From: Saprolegnia diclina VS20 | Taxonomy: Eukaryota | Reading direction: 5' to 3' | DNA: 55,815 nucleotides | NCBI RefSeq assembly: GCF_000281045.1 | Contig: NW_008246089.1 | Coordinates: 585,256 to 641,070 of the forward strand | Shown here: one piece after another, positions 9,809 through 20,066 of the stretch | Position numbering within the stretch: position 1 is the first letter of the stretch | Layout of the letters: every line of letters starts with the position of its first letter | The notes under the pieces: generated by a model | Seen by the model: only the letters and a program-made list of their open reading frames with translations | The model's database searches: none | Told to the model about the DNA's origin: nothing | Translations under genes and position numbers: made by a program

Positions 9809-12800
9809 TTATTCCACAAGAGGGTACGCATGCTGCAGCCGGCGGCGCGTGCTCGTGTCCATCTCGTTGTAGTGAGCCGTTGGTACGCGGAGGTGGAAGC
9901 GGCGCCATGTCTTAATGTCGAGGACGTGAAAGGTGTCACCGATCGAGAGAATGAGCATGCCGTTCATCGCCGCGGACGCCTTGTCCAAGTAGTAGACGCC
10001 CTGGAACTGCCACTTTTTCAGCTGGAAGAGGTACTTTGCCTCGCAGCTCAAGTGGTGCGACGTGGGCGAGTCGTTCAATAATTTGGGAAATCGCCAGCGC
10101 TCGATCCAGTAGCACATCACGAGGCAGCTCACGCAAAGCAGCGTCAGCGCGATGAACCGCGTGCCATTGCCAATGCGAACGACGCCACTGCGACAAACCA
10201 GCTGGAGGTTGAGGTCCAACACTGTGCACGCCCGCGTCACGGTGGCCGAGTGCGTCACGGGCGACACAAAGCTCCAAATGGCCGAGATCAACCACGTGAG
10301 GTATGACGCTTTAACCATGTAGAGGCGCGCATACTGCTGCGTGTAGACCATAAGAACGTCGTTGAGAACGTAGATGAACCACGTAACTTCGCCGGCGCTG
10401 AGAATCGTGAGCACAGCGCTCGAGACGGTCGTTCGAAACAGCGTGACGATGCCAGTTTGAACGAGGTCGATGCGCGCGGTACTGAGGACAGTCATGGCCG
10501 TGAGGCTGCGCAGAAGGAGCAGCGGACGACCCACCCAAACAATACCAGCAACACGATTGAGGCCAAAGAGGTGACTGCCCGAGATCTGGCCACGACTCCC
10601 AAGCATGTGAAGTACAACGAGCACACTCACAGCGACGAGCACCGATGTGACGTACAATACACCGTTGCGCAAGAAGAGGGCGAGATTCTTTGGGATCTCG
10701 AGAGCGTTTGGTGCAAGGCTCGTGGTGGTCGTCGTTGTCGAGAGAACGCTGAGTGCACCCTCGTCACCGACAAATGTGACGACTTCCCGATACCCTGTTG
10801 CCCAGTCCCAGAGAAAGAACCAGCCAAAAAGCATAAATTCCATGTCGCTTGGATCGAGGAGATTGATCGAGAAGAGCTGCAGTGTTGAGCTGTTGAGAGC
10901 GTACTGTACGATCGCGATATGCGCTTCTTGAACGGCGACGGCGGCGGCGTTGACGGCAGCTTGAAGCTCAAGAAATTGGTCGGCCGAAAAGCTAACCTTT
11001 ACAAACGCCTCGGCGGCTAGGACCATTTCAGAACACGTCGACGGACTGAGTACGTCAAAGGCACAACTTTCCGAGACATTGAGCGAGGGCGCTGAGAGCT
11101 GCGTGACGGCAGCTGCAAACACGACTTCCATCTTCGTCGGCGCAATGTACTCACCAAAGTTCGAGCCGCACACTGCCGCCGCGCCATAAAACCCCCGCAA
11201 GCCCGAGCTCTGAATGTCGCGGGTGGGGGGCACGCCCCCCGTATCACAAAGCGGATTGCCTCCCAAGATGAAGATGGACGGAGTAAACCACGTCGAGGGC
11301 ACTGGTGACAGCGATGGTACGACCAGTGCTTTGTAGGCCGCGGCTGCCGCAGCGTTTGTTGCGAGGTTCGTGCTCACGAGCCGGCTGAACAACTGCTGCA
11401 ATCGCAGCAGCGCTGGCGGAACAGGAACGTGCAGCATGTCAATCGACCCAAAGGGTCCAATGCGTGCACGCACCAACCCAAAGCCGAGACCGAACGGGGG
11501 TGACAGCGTCCCGTTCTGGCTCATCACGTCTTCGAGGCTTGACCCATTCGCAAAGGCAAAGCGCGGGCTATCGCGCAACAGGCTACGCTCGTGCAAGAGC
11601 GAAGAGTTGTCGCGAACTGCGTTGAGGTCGGCGCCAAACGACCAGTACATCTTGAGCGAAGTCTGGTCGCGCCACGCCCACGTGCCAACGGTGTGCTTGA
11701 GCGTCATGGCGTAGCGAAAGCCAAACGCAGTCTCGACGTCGAACGAATCAAAGAGGCCGAGCCGCTTGTAGTTTTGCCACTGCAGCGTGAATGAGGAAAC
11801 CGCGTGTTTGGTCCAGAGTCGCACTTCGTCCGCAACACTCGTGCCAGGATCGCAACTACTGGAGCGCCAGGCCATGCCGGCCGCACTAGTGTTCAAGTCG
11901 GTACCAAACGCAATCTCAAAGGCGTCCCCCCACGTGTGCTGGAAGCTCGCCCAGTCGGTATTGCGAACAAACGCCTCAAGGTACACCGCCCCGTTCGTAC
12001 GGTAGGCTGCGCACCGCGACTGCCGAGTCGCCGAGTTGGCCATGGCCCAGCGCCGCTCAAAGTCGAGGTAGCAAAACGAGGTAAACACATACGGCAGCGT
12101 GCTCGGGGGCGTCATCCGGAGACCGGCGATCGCAGCACCGAGGTCATTCGCGAGGGTCTCCATGTAGATGACGTTGTTGTACAGTGACTGGGACATGACC
12201 AAGGTCGTCGAGCCATTGTAGAGCAATGCATCAGCGAACCCGACGTCGTCGAGGCGCCACGTCATGGGCAAAGCAGCATAAAACAGCTGCGTGTTGAACC
12301 AATTGCCAAGAAAGGCGTCGATGCCGGTGCTGCTGAAGCCGGGCCAGAAAAAGTCGTTGGCGAGGTTCTGGCCCGAGACCGAGATAAAAACGACGCTGCT
12401 AGCGATCGTCAGTAGAAGGTAGCCACAGCCAAGCACGACCATCAACGTATTCCATGGGACACGGTTCACGCAGTAGCCGCGCCACGTCGAGGTGTCGAGT
12501 GGCTGCGCCTCGTCGACGGGCGAAGATGGTAGAAGCGACGACGACCAGCGTGGCGCCGGCAGCCGTGCGGGGAGAGCGAGGGACGGCGAGTGCAAGTTCA
12601 GCGTCGACTTGGCGAGCTTCTTTTTCCAGACGACCCAGAGTTTAATGTCAAAGACGTAGTGGGCGCCGCGAAACGTGAAGGGTACGAGGCCGCACAATGC
12701 GCAAATGGCGTGGTCCATGCACCAATTTGTCGTGTAGTCGATCGAGAAGACGCGCAAACTCAGGAACGCTTCGCCTGCGGCGGGGATGACGGTCGGTGAC

Positions 12801-15208
12801 GCTTCCGCGGCACTTGGCGATCGCTTTCGCAGTGTTGCGAGCAGCAGCGCCAGTAGCAGAGCCCCAAAGATGAGTGCAATAACATGCTGTGTGCGCACCC
12901 AGCTGCCAATGTCGAGTCGACCGCTCACGCAGAGCAGCTGGGCATCCAAGTTGACGCTAGCGCAGGTCCGAGCCAATGACGCCGTGGGCCACACCGGATT
13001 CAACATCGAATAGAGAAGGATACCAACCCACGTCAAGGCTGCGCTCAACGGTGCGTACTGAGGTGCGTTCTCGGGGAAGACAACAAGGAGAATGTCAACA
13101 AGGACGTACGAGAGCCAAGCGACTTCGCCCGTCAAAACCGCCGTCTCAAGAAAGGACCGCGTCTCAAAGGCGAGGCCGGTCCAGCCGTGGCGCGGTGTTA
13201 GCGTCATGGGCGCTGTGCTTAGAAGGATGATGGCTGTGACACCTCGCACGAGAAAGACGGGGCGGCCGACCCAAACAAAGGCGGCGACGCGGTTGAAGAA
13301 GAAGAGGTTGCGACCCGCAATGCGAAACTCGATCCAAAAACAGCGCAGGAGCACAAATGCCGCGACAAAGCCCAGGACAGCGGTCGAGTAAATAGCAATG
13401 TACAAGAGATAGTTGCACGTGCTCCGGGGCACTTCCAGCGCCATGGCGTCAAAGCCAATCGGGGGTACGGCTGTCGAGATGAGCGTCATTGAACCAACGT
13501 CACCTTCGAACTTGACCACTTCCCGCGTCCCGATCGCCCAGTCGTAGAGGTGCACCCAGCCAAAGACACCCCATTCCATCAACATCTGATGCAGCAAGAT
13601 TGGGTCCGAGCCATTGACCATCGCAAACTGCATGACCTCGACTTGAAGGGTTGCCACTTCGCGCGACACGACAGCGGCGGCCGAGACGAGGTCGGACGTG
13701 CCTTCCAACGACGCTAGCAGTGCCGCGGCCGCCGCAATGTCGCTGAAGCATTCGTCGTCGTTGGTCGACCCACCGCAGAGCTCACGCGGCAGAGGCGCCG
13801 ACGATTGGGCGCTCGAAGCACCCAGAGCCGCAAACACAAAGCTGAGAATCGTATAGCGCAGCGTCATGGGTGTCGCGTCACCACACGTGTCGTAAAAGCC
13901 AAAGCTGGGTTGCACAAAATGCTTGGCGGCACCACTCGTACAAAAAGGACTGCCGCCCACGTACGTTAGCCCTGGTGTTGTCCAGGACGGCGGTGCGATA
14001 TTCGTCAGTATGCGTTCGCTGTGCACCCACGGAGCGAGTCGCTGAAAGGCGGCGTTGGCCATACTCGCGTGCCCAAAGACAGCATTGTACGTTGCGAGCA
14101 GCGACGCGAGTTCGCGCGGCAGTGGCACGTACCGCATGTCGATCGAGAGGAGTGGACCAACATGCGTATGCAAGAGCGCGATGGGCAGCGCCGCCGGGTT
14201 GAAGCCCTGGACCGCTTCAAAGTTGACTTGGCTCCCGTTCACACGCACCAGTGAGACGCCCTGGACGCCGGCCGCCCAGAGATCGTTGAAGAACGCCCAG
14301 TAGCAGTTGAGGCTCGTCCACGTAAAGTCGCGCGCGACCCGAGGCAGATTCTTGATGCTCATGCTCTGCTCCATGCCGAGGGCATTCGCGATCACAACGG
14401 TCTCCGTGATACCGCCTTGCCAGAGGTTGTGCCAATGCAGTGCAAACCGGCGTAGATTATACGTCGCCCAGTACGTGACTTCGTCGTCGACCGACGAGGC
14501 GGCGCTCGCCGTAGCCGTCACCCACGCCGGGCCATCGGCATCATGTAATACTGCGTCGAGAATCGCCGTTTGAAAGCCCGAGCCCGCCGTGCTCACCCAG
14601 TCGTTCCAGTCGACATTACGAAGTAGCGCCTCGAGGTACACGGCCGCGTTGTCGCCATCCAACGCAGCACACCGGGCTTGGCGCCACAGCGTGTGGGCAA
14701 GCTCCCAGCGACGATCCAAATCGACCCAGCAGTTTTGCGTCGGCAGCCAGAGCGCATAGTCCATCGTGACGGCGCGGAGCCCACGGACAGCGTCGGGTAG
14801 CGTCATGGTATCAAGAACGCTCCGAATATACGAGGGGTTGACGCCGACCTGGTTGACGCTGCTGCTGTAGTCGCTGTTGAAGAAGAGGCCGGGGCTGCGT
14901 AAATCGAGCGCGGTCGAGACGTTCGTCGCAGAGGTGAGCGCCCGATTGAAGGCGTCGGCGACAAACGACTGCGTGCCTGTTGTGTTGAAGCCCGCCCAGA
15001 AGAGGTCGTTGGTCATGCTCGGGCCCAAAAGGTCCACAAAGTAGATGCTCAAGACCGAGGTGCCGACGAGGTACAAGGCGCCTGCGACCGACCACGCGCG
15101 GCTCGTCATCGATCCCGTGTCGTGGAGCACCATCATGGTCGTGGCGCGGCGCGGCGGCAGGATCATGGAGGCGGACGCGAGCGGGTCGACCGGATGGACC
15201 GCGGTCAT
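9809..15208 (-). CDS. Uncharacterised ~1800-aa multi-pass membrane protein with two tandem homologous halves
   Basis: Intronless ORF. Paired motifs: NDLFWAGF/NDFFWPGF, NAAVYLEALLRN/NGAVYLEAFVRN, NRVAAFVWVGRP/NRVAGIVWVGRP and DIKLW/DIKTW. About 6 hydrophobic segments per half. Confidence 0.9.
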   Translation of the reverse strand: MTAVHPVDPLASASMILPPRRATTMMVLHDTGSMTSRAWSVAGALYLVGTSVLSIYFVDLLGPSMTNDLFWAGFNTTGTQSFVADAFNRALTSATNVSTALDLRSPGLFFNSDYSSSVNQVGVNPSYIRSVLDTMTLPDAVRGLRAVTMDYALWLPTQNCWVDLDRRWELAHTLWRQARCAALDGDNAAVYLEALLRNVDWNDWVSTAGSGFQTAILDAVLHDADGPAWVTATASAASSVDDEVTYWATYNLRRFALHWHNLWQGGITETVVIANALGMEQSMSIKNLPRVARDFTWTSLNCYWAFFNDLWAAGVQGVSLVRVNGSQVNFEAVQGFNPAALPIALLHTHVGPLLSIDMRYVPLPRELASLLATYNAVFGHASMANAAFQRLAPWVHSERILTNIAPPSWTTPGLTYVGGSPFCTSGAAKHFVQPSFGFYDTCGDATPMTLRYTILSFVFAALGASSAQSSAPLPRELCGGSTNDDECFSDIAAAAALLASLEGTSDLVSAAAVVSREVATLQVEVMQFAMVNGSDPILLHQMLMEWGVFGWVHLYDWAIGTREVVKFEGDVGSMTLISTAVPPIGFDAMALEVPRSTCNYLLYIAIYSTAVLGFVAAFVLLRCFWIEFRIAGRNLFFFNRVAAFVWVGRPVFLVRGVTAIILLSTAPMTLTPRHGWTGLAFETRSFLETAVLTGEVAWLSYVLVDILLVVFPENAPQYAPLSAALTWVGILLYSMLNPVWPTASLARTCASVNLDAQLLCVSGRLDIGSWVRTQHVIALIFGALLLALLLATLRKRSPSAAEASPTVIPAAGEAFLSLRVFSIDYTTNWCMDHAICALCGLVPFTFRGAHYVFDIKLWVVWKKKLAKSTLNLHSPSLALPARLPAPRWSSSLLPSSPVDEAQPLDTSTWRGYCVNRVPWNTLMVVLGCGYLLLTIASSVVFISVSGQNLANDFFWPGFSSTGIDAFLGNWFNTQLFYAALPMTWRLDDVGFADALLYNGSTTLVMSQSLYNNVIYMETLANDLGAAIAGLRMTPPSTLPYVFTSFCYLDFERRWAMANSATRQSRCAAYRTNGAVYLEAFVRNTDWASFQHTWGDAFEIAFGTDLNTSAAGMAWRSSSCDPGTSVADEVRLWTKHAVSSFTLQWQNYKRLGLFDSFDVETAFGFRYAMTLKHTVGTWAWRDQTSLKMYWSFGADLNAVRDNSSLLHERSLLRDSPRFAFANGSSLEDVMSQNGTLSPPFGLGFGLVRARIGPFGSIDMLHVPVPPALLRLQQLFSRLVSTNLATNAAAAAAYKALVVPSLSPVPSTWFTPSIFILGGNPLCDTGGVPPTRDIQSSGLRGFYGAAAVCGSNFGEYIAPTKMEVVFAAAVTQLSAPSLNVSESCAFDVLSPSTCSEMVLAAEAFVKVSFSADQFLELQAAVNAAAVAVQEAHIAIVQYALNSSTLQLFSINLLDPSDMEFMLFGWFFLWDWATGYREVVTFVGDEGALSVLSTTTTTTSLAPNALEIPKNLALFLRNGVLYVTSVLVAVSVLVVLHMLGSRGQISGSHLFGLNRVAGIVWVGRPLLLLRSLTAMTVLSTARIDLVQTGIVTLFRTTVSSAVLTILSAGEVTWFIYVLNDVLMVYTQQYARLYMVKASYLTWLISAIWSFVSPVTHSATVTRACTVLDLNLQLVCRSGVVRIGNGTRFIALTLLCVSCLVMCYWIERWRFPKLLNDSPTSHHLSCEAKYLFQLKKWQFQGVYYLDKASAAMNGMLILSIGDTFHVLDIKTWRRFHLRVPTAHYNEMDTSTRRRLQHAYPLVE

Positions 15209-15342
15209 GGTCGTCCTTTTTTGGTCAATTTTGAAACGCGCCTGTCTAGTTGGACCGTTGCAACAAAACCCAAAACTCCAGTACAAGTAGGATAGATTAG
15301 AGTAGGATTGTAACGACTAAGTAAAGAGGAGGCGAGCTTCGG

Positions 15343-16305
15343 CTATGCGAATTGCGCCGAGACGATACCGACGACCTCGGTGATGGACGGTCGGGCCGAC
15401 GCCTCTGTCGCAAGACACCGTGTGAGGACGCTTGCAACGTCGGCCGGCCACGTCGTTGGCGTCGCGAACGGGGCCAAGCCGCCCGTCGCCTTGGCCTCTG
15501 CAATGCGCAGGTCACCGCGCACGTAGCCATGCTCGGCGTAGATCTGTGCATATGGCTGCGACCGGCTAAAGATCTGAAGGAAAACGACGCCGAGCGCGTA
15601 CATGTCGGCCGCTTGGCGCGCGGTGAGGTCCAGCGCGAGGTGCCCATGTAGCGTTTCCGGCGCCCGGTAGGCCATCTCCATGACGCCGTACGCATCGACG
15701 CTTACATGCGCCTTGACAATCGCCTGGACGTTGAGCTTGCAGATGCCCGCGGCGTTGACGAGCACGTGCATGGTGCAGAGGCTGCCGTGCGCACGCTTGG
15801 CATCCGTGTGGAGGTAGGCGAGGCCCTCGGCAATGTCGAGGCACATGGCCCACATCTGCTTGGTGCTCAGCTCCGTCTTCTTGTTGTAAATGACGTTGAG
15901 CACCGAGCCTTGGACCATAAACTCCATGGCGGCGCAGAGCGTGGTCGAATAGACAACGAGCGAGACGCCGTGAACCTCGACAATGTTCTTGTGGCGCAGC
16001 GCCTTCATCTCCTTGAGCTTGGCGACAAAGTCCGTCTTGTTGGCGGTCGACGACGTCGTCAAGTCGATGCACTTGAGAAAGACCGTGTCGCCGTGCAGCT
16101 TGCACGTCCGCGCCATCGTGTCGGTGCCCGACCGCAGCGGCGCCGTGCGCTCTCGCTCCAGCGGCAGCCACATGTCGACGAGATCGTCACGCGTCGGGAG
16201 GACCTCCACGTCGAACGGGTACGGCTTGGACGGCGCGGCCTCGAGGCTAAACTCGGCGTACTTCTGCATGACGCTCAGCGCGATCGAGCGGAAGGTCGAG
16301 AGCAT
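15343..16305 (-). CDS. TKL-like pseudokinase, 320 aa
   Basis: Kinase scaffold present (LRHKNIV, MEFMVQGS, DIAEGLAYLH, YRAPE, ADMYALG, RPS). HRD is replaced by HGS, DFG is absent and the Gly loop is lost. Confidence 0.85.
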   Translation of the reverse strand: MLSTFRSIALSVMQKYAEFSLEAAPSKPYPFDVEVLPTRDDLVDMWLPLERERTAPLRSGTDTMARTCKLHGDTVFLKCIDLTTSSTANKTDFVAKLKEMKALRHKNIVEVHGVSLVVYSTTLCAAMEFMVQGSVLNVIYNKKTELSTKQMWAMCLDIAEGLAYLHTDAKRAHGSLCTMHVLVNAAGICKLNVQAIVKAHVSVDAYGVMEMAYRAPETLHGHLALDLTARQAADMYALGVVFLQIFSRSQPYAQIYAEHGYVRGDLRIAEAKATGGLAPFATPTTWPADVASVLTRCLATEASARPSITEVVGIVSAQFA

Positions 16306-16923
16306 GGTGACAAAATCAAGAATACCCGGATTCCGTCAAAGGCTGTCTCCGGATACGACATGTGTATCCGTACTATTGCAAAGTGAATTTACTGTGAATT
16401 TTCGGCACCAAATTTTATTCAAGTCGAGAGTGCTGGTGTGGTGGGTCGCGACCACAAGACAGTGACGTGCCTCAATGTTGTGTGAATATACTGGGAAGGA
16501 TAAATCACTGTGGATAGATGGATGTCAACATTTGCCGTTCGAGTCCCCACGGCGGCTTGTGGATCCAAAGAAAGAGGAAACGACGAAACTGGTTGATCCA
16601 AAATAGTGTTGAGTCGAGCTGGCGCTGGTGAGCAAACTTCAAAGTCCTCCAAGCAAAATACAGTCAAATGGCCCACATGTATAGATCGTACAGCGCGGCT
16701 GATAAGAAATTGAGGTTTTGTGCGTGGTACTGCTTATTCGTCGTCATTTTCTCGACCTATCTCGGTTCTTGGTCGCCATTCTCTCCTTCTCTACCTGCTC
16801 TTTCGTCCAACTGTTAATCTTATTTATACAAACACGCGCCAAGTCGCATCTTCTTGACGCTATTTTCATAAACATCAAATCGCTCGCTTCCACACCCAGC
16901 ACAACGCCAAAAACATTGCATTA

Positions 16924-17366
16924 GAGCATCTCCACCGGTTCCCCGTATCCCACACTGGCTCTGGGTTTTTTTACCGGGCGATTTCGCTCTGTATATCGCG
17001 ATACAGAGCAAGATAAAACAAAACGCCCCACCGGTCGCCCTGTAAAAAGATGCCGGGAGTCGCAATTTGTATGGCGTCGATAACTTCGAACTTCGTCTTA
17101 AAATTCGATTTTGTATCCATTTTTTGACTAGTATACAAAACATGAGCCATTCGCGATATTACCGGGTAAAAAGCCAGGGTGCCCGGGCGCCCTGTATCGG
17201 GCACCAGGATACAGGGCGCTCGGCCAATTTTTGCTCCACCCGGTAAAAATTATACAGATACAGGGCGATTTACAGGGACCGGTGGGGCATTTCCCCGGTA
17301 AATTTTTTACAAATTTGGAAATTTTACAGAGCCAGTGTAGGATAGCGCGGACGGGTGGAGAAGCTC
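16924..17366. mobile_element. PIF/Harbinger (Tourist-like) MITE, 443 bp
   Basis: About 40-bp imperfect TIRs starting GAGCATCTCCACC. TTA target-site duplication at 16921-23 and 17367-69. Internal CCGGTAAAA and TACAGGGCG repeats; no convincing ORF. Confidence 0.85.
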
Positions 17367-17770
17367 TTATTCCCTTAACACCACATAGCTCGTCTGGAGT
17401 ATAATGTACTTCCTACAAGTTGTGGCTCTTTTTTCGTGTTGCAACTACTTTTTTCTGAGCTCGTTTGCCCAATCGACCTCGATGTAAATGTCCAAGGAGC
17501 AGGCGTGTCGTGGAATGCATGTCTTGAGAATCTGACGCCGTTGACGCAAAAGGACGACGATGCACGGCGTCACGCTAGCGTCAACACTGAAACACCGAGC
17601 TTGTCTTTTCGCTTCACACTATTTCCGTGGCACCTAAAACCTCTTATAACGCATATCCGTGAAAATGAATACACTATTAAATGACAGAGGACCTCGGATT
17701 GGATCGTCAAGCGAGCGGGTGTTGGTTGTGTTGAGAAACTTCCACAGCGACCACAGGCGGAGACTGCAGC

Positions 17771-19990
17771 ATGGACTCGGACAGCGACCTCGAGCCGCTG
17801 CGTAAGAAGGTCAAGAAGACGCCGGCGAAGCGGGCCGCCGACTCGGACGACTCGGACTTTGACGAGACGCCGCTCTCGAGCCTCAAGCCCAAGAAGGCCA
17901 AGGCCGCGGTGAAGAAGGAGCTCAAGAAGAAGCCGGCGACAAAGGCCAAATCCTCGGCCAAGGTGTCGGCCAAGGATGCCAAGACGACCAAGAAGAAGGC
18001 GACGAGCAGCAGCGTCAAGGTCAAGTCCGAGTCGGGCGCCGTGCGCAAGCTTAAGGTGCAGAGCAAGTCGGAACGACTGGACATGGCGATCAAGGCGTAC
18101 CGCTGGTGGAACGCTGAGGAGCTTCCGGAAGACATTCAGTGGCGCACGCTCGAGCACAACGGCGTCATGTTTCCGCCGTCGTACGAGCCGCATGGCGTCC
18201 CGCTCTACTACGACAACCAGCCCGTCGAGCTCACGCCGGCGCAGGAAGAGATTGCGTCGTTCTACGCGGCGATGCCACTCGACGGCCCGCAGCTCGGCAA
18301 CCCGAAGACGAGCGAGATGTTTACCAAGAACTTTTTCGCCGACTTTAAAGAGGCGCTCGGGAAGGGCCATGTGGTCAAGAACATGGCGAAATGCAACTTT
18401 GACTTGATCCGCAAGCACCTCGACGAGCAGCGCGAGAAGAAGCGCGAGCGCACAAAGGAAGAGAAGGCGCCCGAGAAGGCCAAGCGCGAGACCGAGCTCT
18501 TCAACTATGGCTTTGCCATCGTCGACGGCCACTTGGAGAAGGTCGGCAACTTTCGCATCGAGCCGCCCAACCTCTTTCGCGGCCGCGGTGAGCACCCAAA
18601 GACGGGTACGCTCAAGAAGGCGGTCATGCCCGAAGAAGTCACGATCAACTGCGGCATGGAAGACCGCGTCCCGGTGTGCCCGATGCCGGGCCATGCGTGG
18701 AAGGAGGTCATCCACCGCGACACGGTCTCGTGGCTCGCCTACTGGAACGAAAACGTCATGGGCGGTATCAAGTACGTCTGGCTGGCCGCGTCCTCGAGCT
18801 TCAAGGGCAAGGCCGACATGGAAAAGTACGAGAAGGCGCGCCGGCTCAAGAAGTTTATCACGAAAATCCGCAAGGACTACACGGAAGGGCTCAAGGCCAA
18901 AGACATGTTTACGCGCCAGCGCTCGACGGCCATGTGGGTCATTGACGTGCTCGCGCTGCGTGTCGGCAACGAGAAGGGCGAGGACGAGGCCGATACCGTC
19001 GGCTGCTGCTCGCTGCGCGTCGAGCACACGAGCTTTAGCGACGAGGGCTGCGAGCTCACGCTGAGCTTCCTCGGGAAGGACTCAATGCCGTACAACAACA
19101 CGATCCGTCTCGCCGAGTATGGCAGCGTCGGCGAGCTCGTGTACCGCAACGTCAAGAGCTTTTGCGCGAAAAAGCAAAAGCAGCAGGATATTTTCGACGA
19201 GCTCAGCGTCACGGAGCTCAACAAGCACTTGAGCTCGCTCATGCCCGGGCTCTCGGCCAAGGTCTTTCGTACGTTCAACGCGTCCGTCACGCTCGAGAAG
19301 GAGCTCCCGCGCATCTTGTCGGGCGACGACGTCGCGGTCAAGGTCGTCGCGTACAACGACGCCAACCGCAAGGTACACGCTTCCTATCGGATCGAAATAT
19401 CAAACAAAATGGTTGTATAGGTCGCCATCCTCTGCAACCATCAGCGCACGGTGCCCAAGAACCACGATACCGCCGTCGAAAAGATGGTCGGTCAGCTCGA
19501 CCAGATGAAGGACCAGCTCAAGGAACTGGAAGAGATGAAAGTGCTTCTCAAGAAGAACAAGACCAAGCAGATCCAGATCAAGACGGAAGACCCAGACGAC
19601 GACGCCGAGGCCAAGAAGGCCCAGGCGCATCGCTTCTCCAAGGTCCCGTCCGCCGACCAAGTCGACAAGAAGATAGATAGCTGGAAGAAGAAGATCAAGG
19701 CGCTCGACCTGCGGCTGCGGGACAAGGTCCGCATGCTGATGCTGCTGCTGCTCTGATATGCTTGGATAGAACGACAACAAGGAGGTCGCGCTTGGTACGT
19801 CCAAGATCAATTATATGGACCCGCGCATCACCGTGGCGTGGGCCAAGCGGGTACGACGTCGTCCTCGTCGCAACACGCACATGCTCATGCCAAGTCGTAG
19901 AACGAGGTGCCCATCGCCGGCGTCTTTCCCCGTGCCCTCCGCGAAAAGTTTGTCTGGTCGATGGACGTGGATCCCAACTGGACGTTCTAA
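17771..19990 (+). CDS. TOP1: DNA topoisomerase IB; exons 17771-19372, 19421-19726, 19770-19850, 19901-19990
   Basis: [45 protein letters not shown] and the catalytic GTSKINY motif after splicing three GT-AG introns. Confidence 0.97.
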
Positions 19991-20066
19991 GAAGGCCTCG
20001 TCTTCTCATGCATCATACGCTGCCATTCTCATCTGCGATCTCGAGTCGATAGTTTTGCATTCAAGC

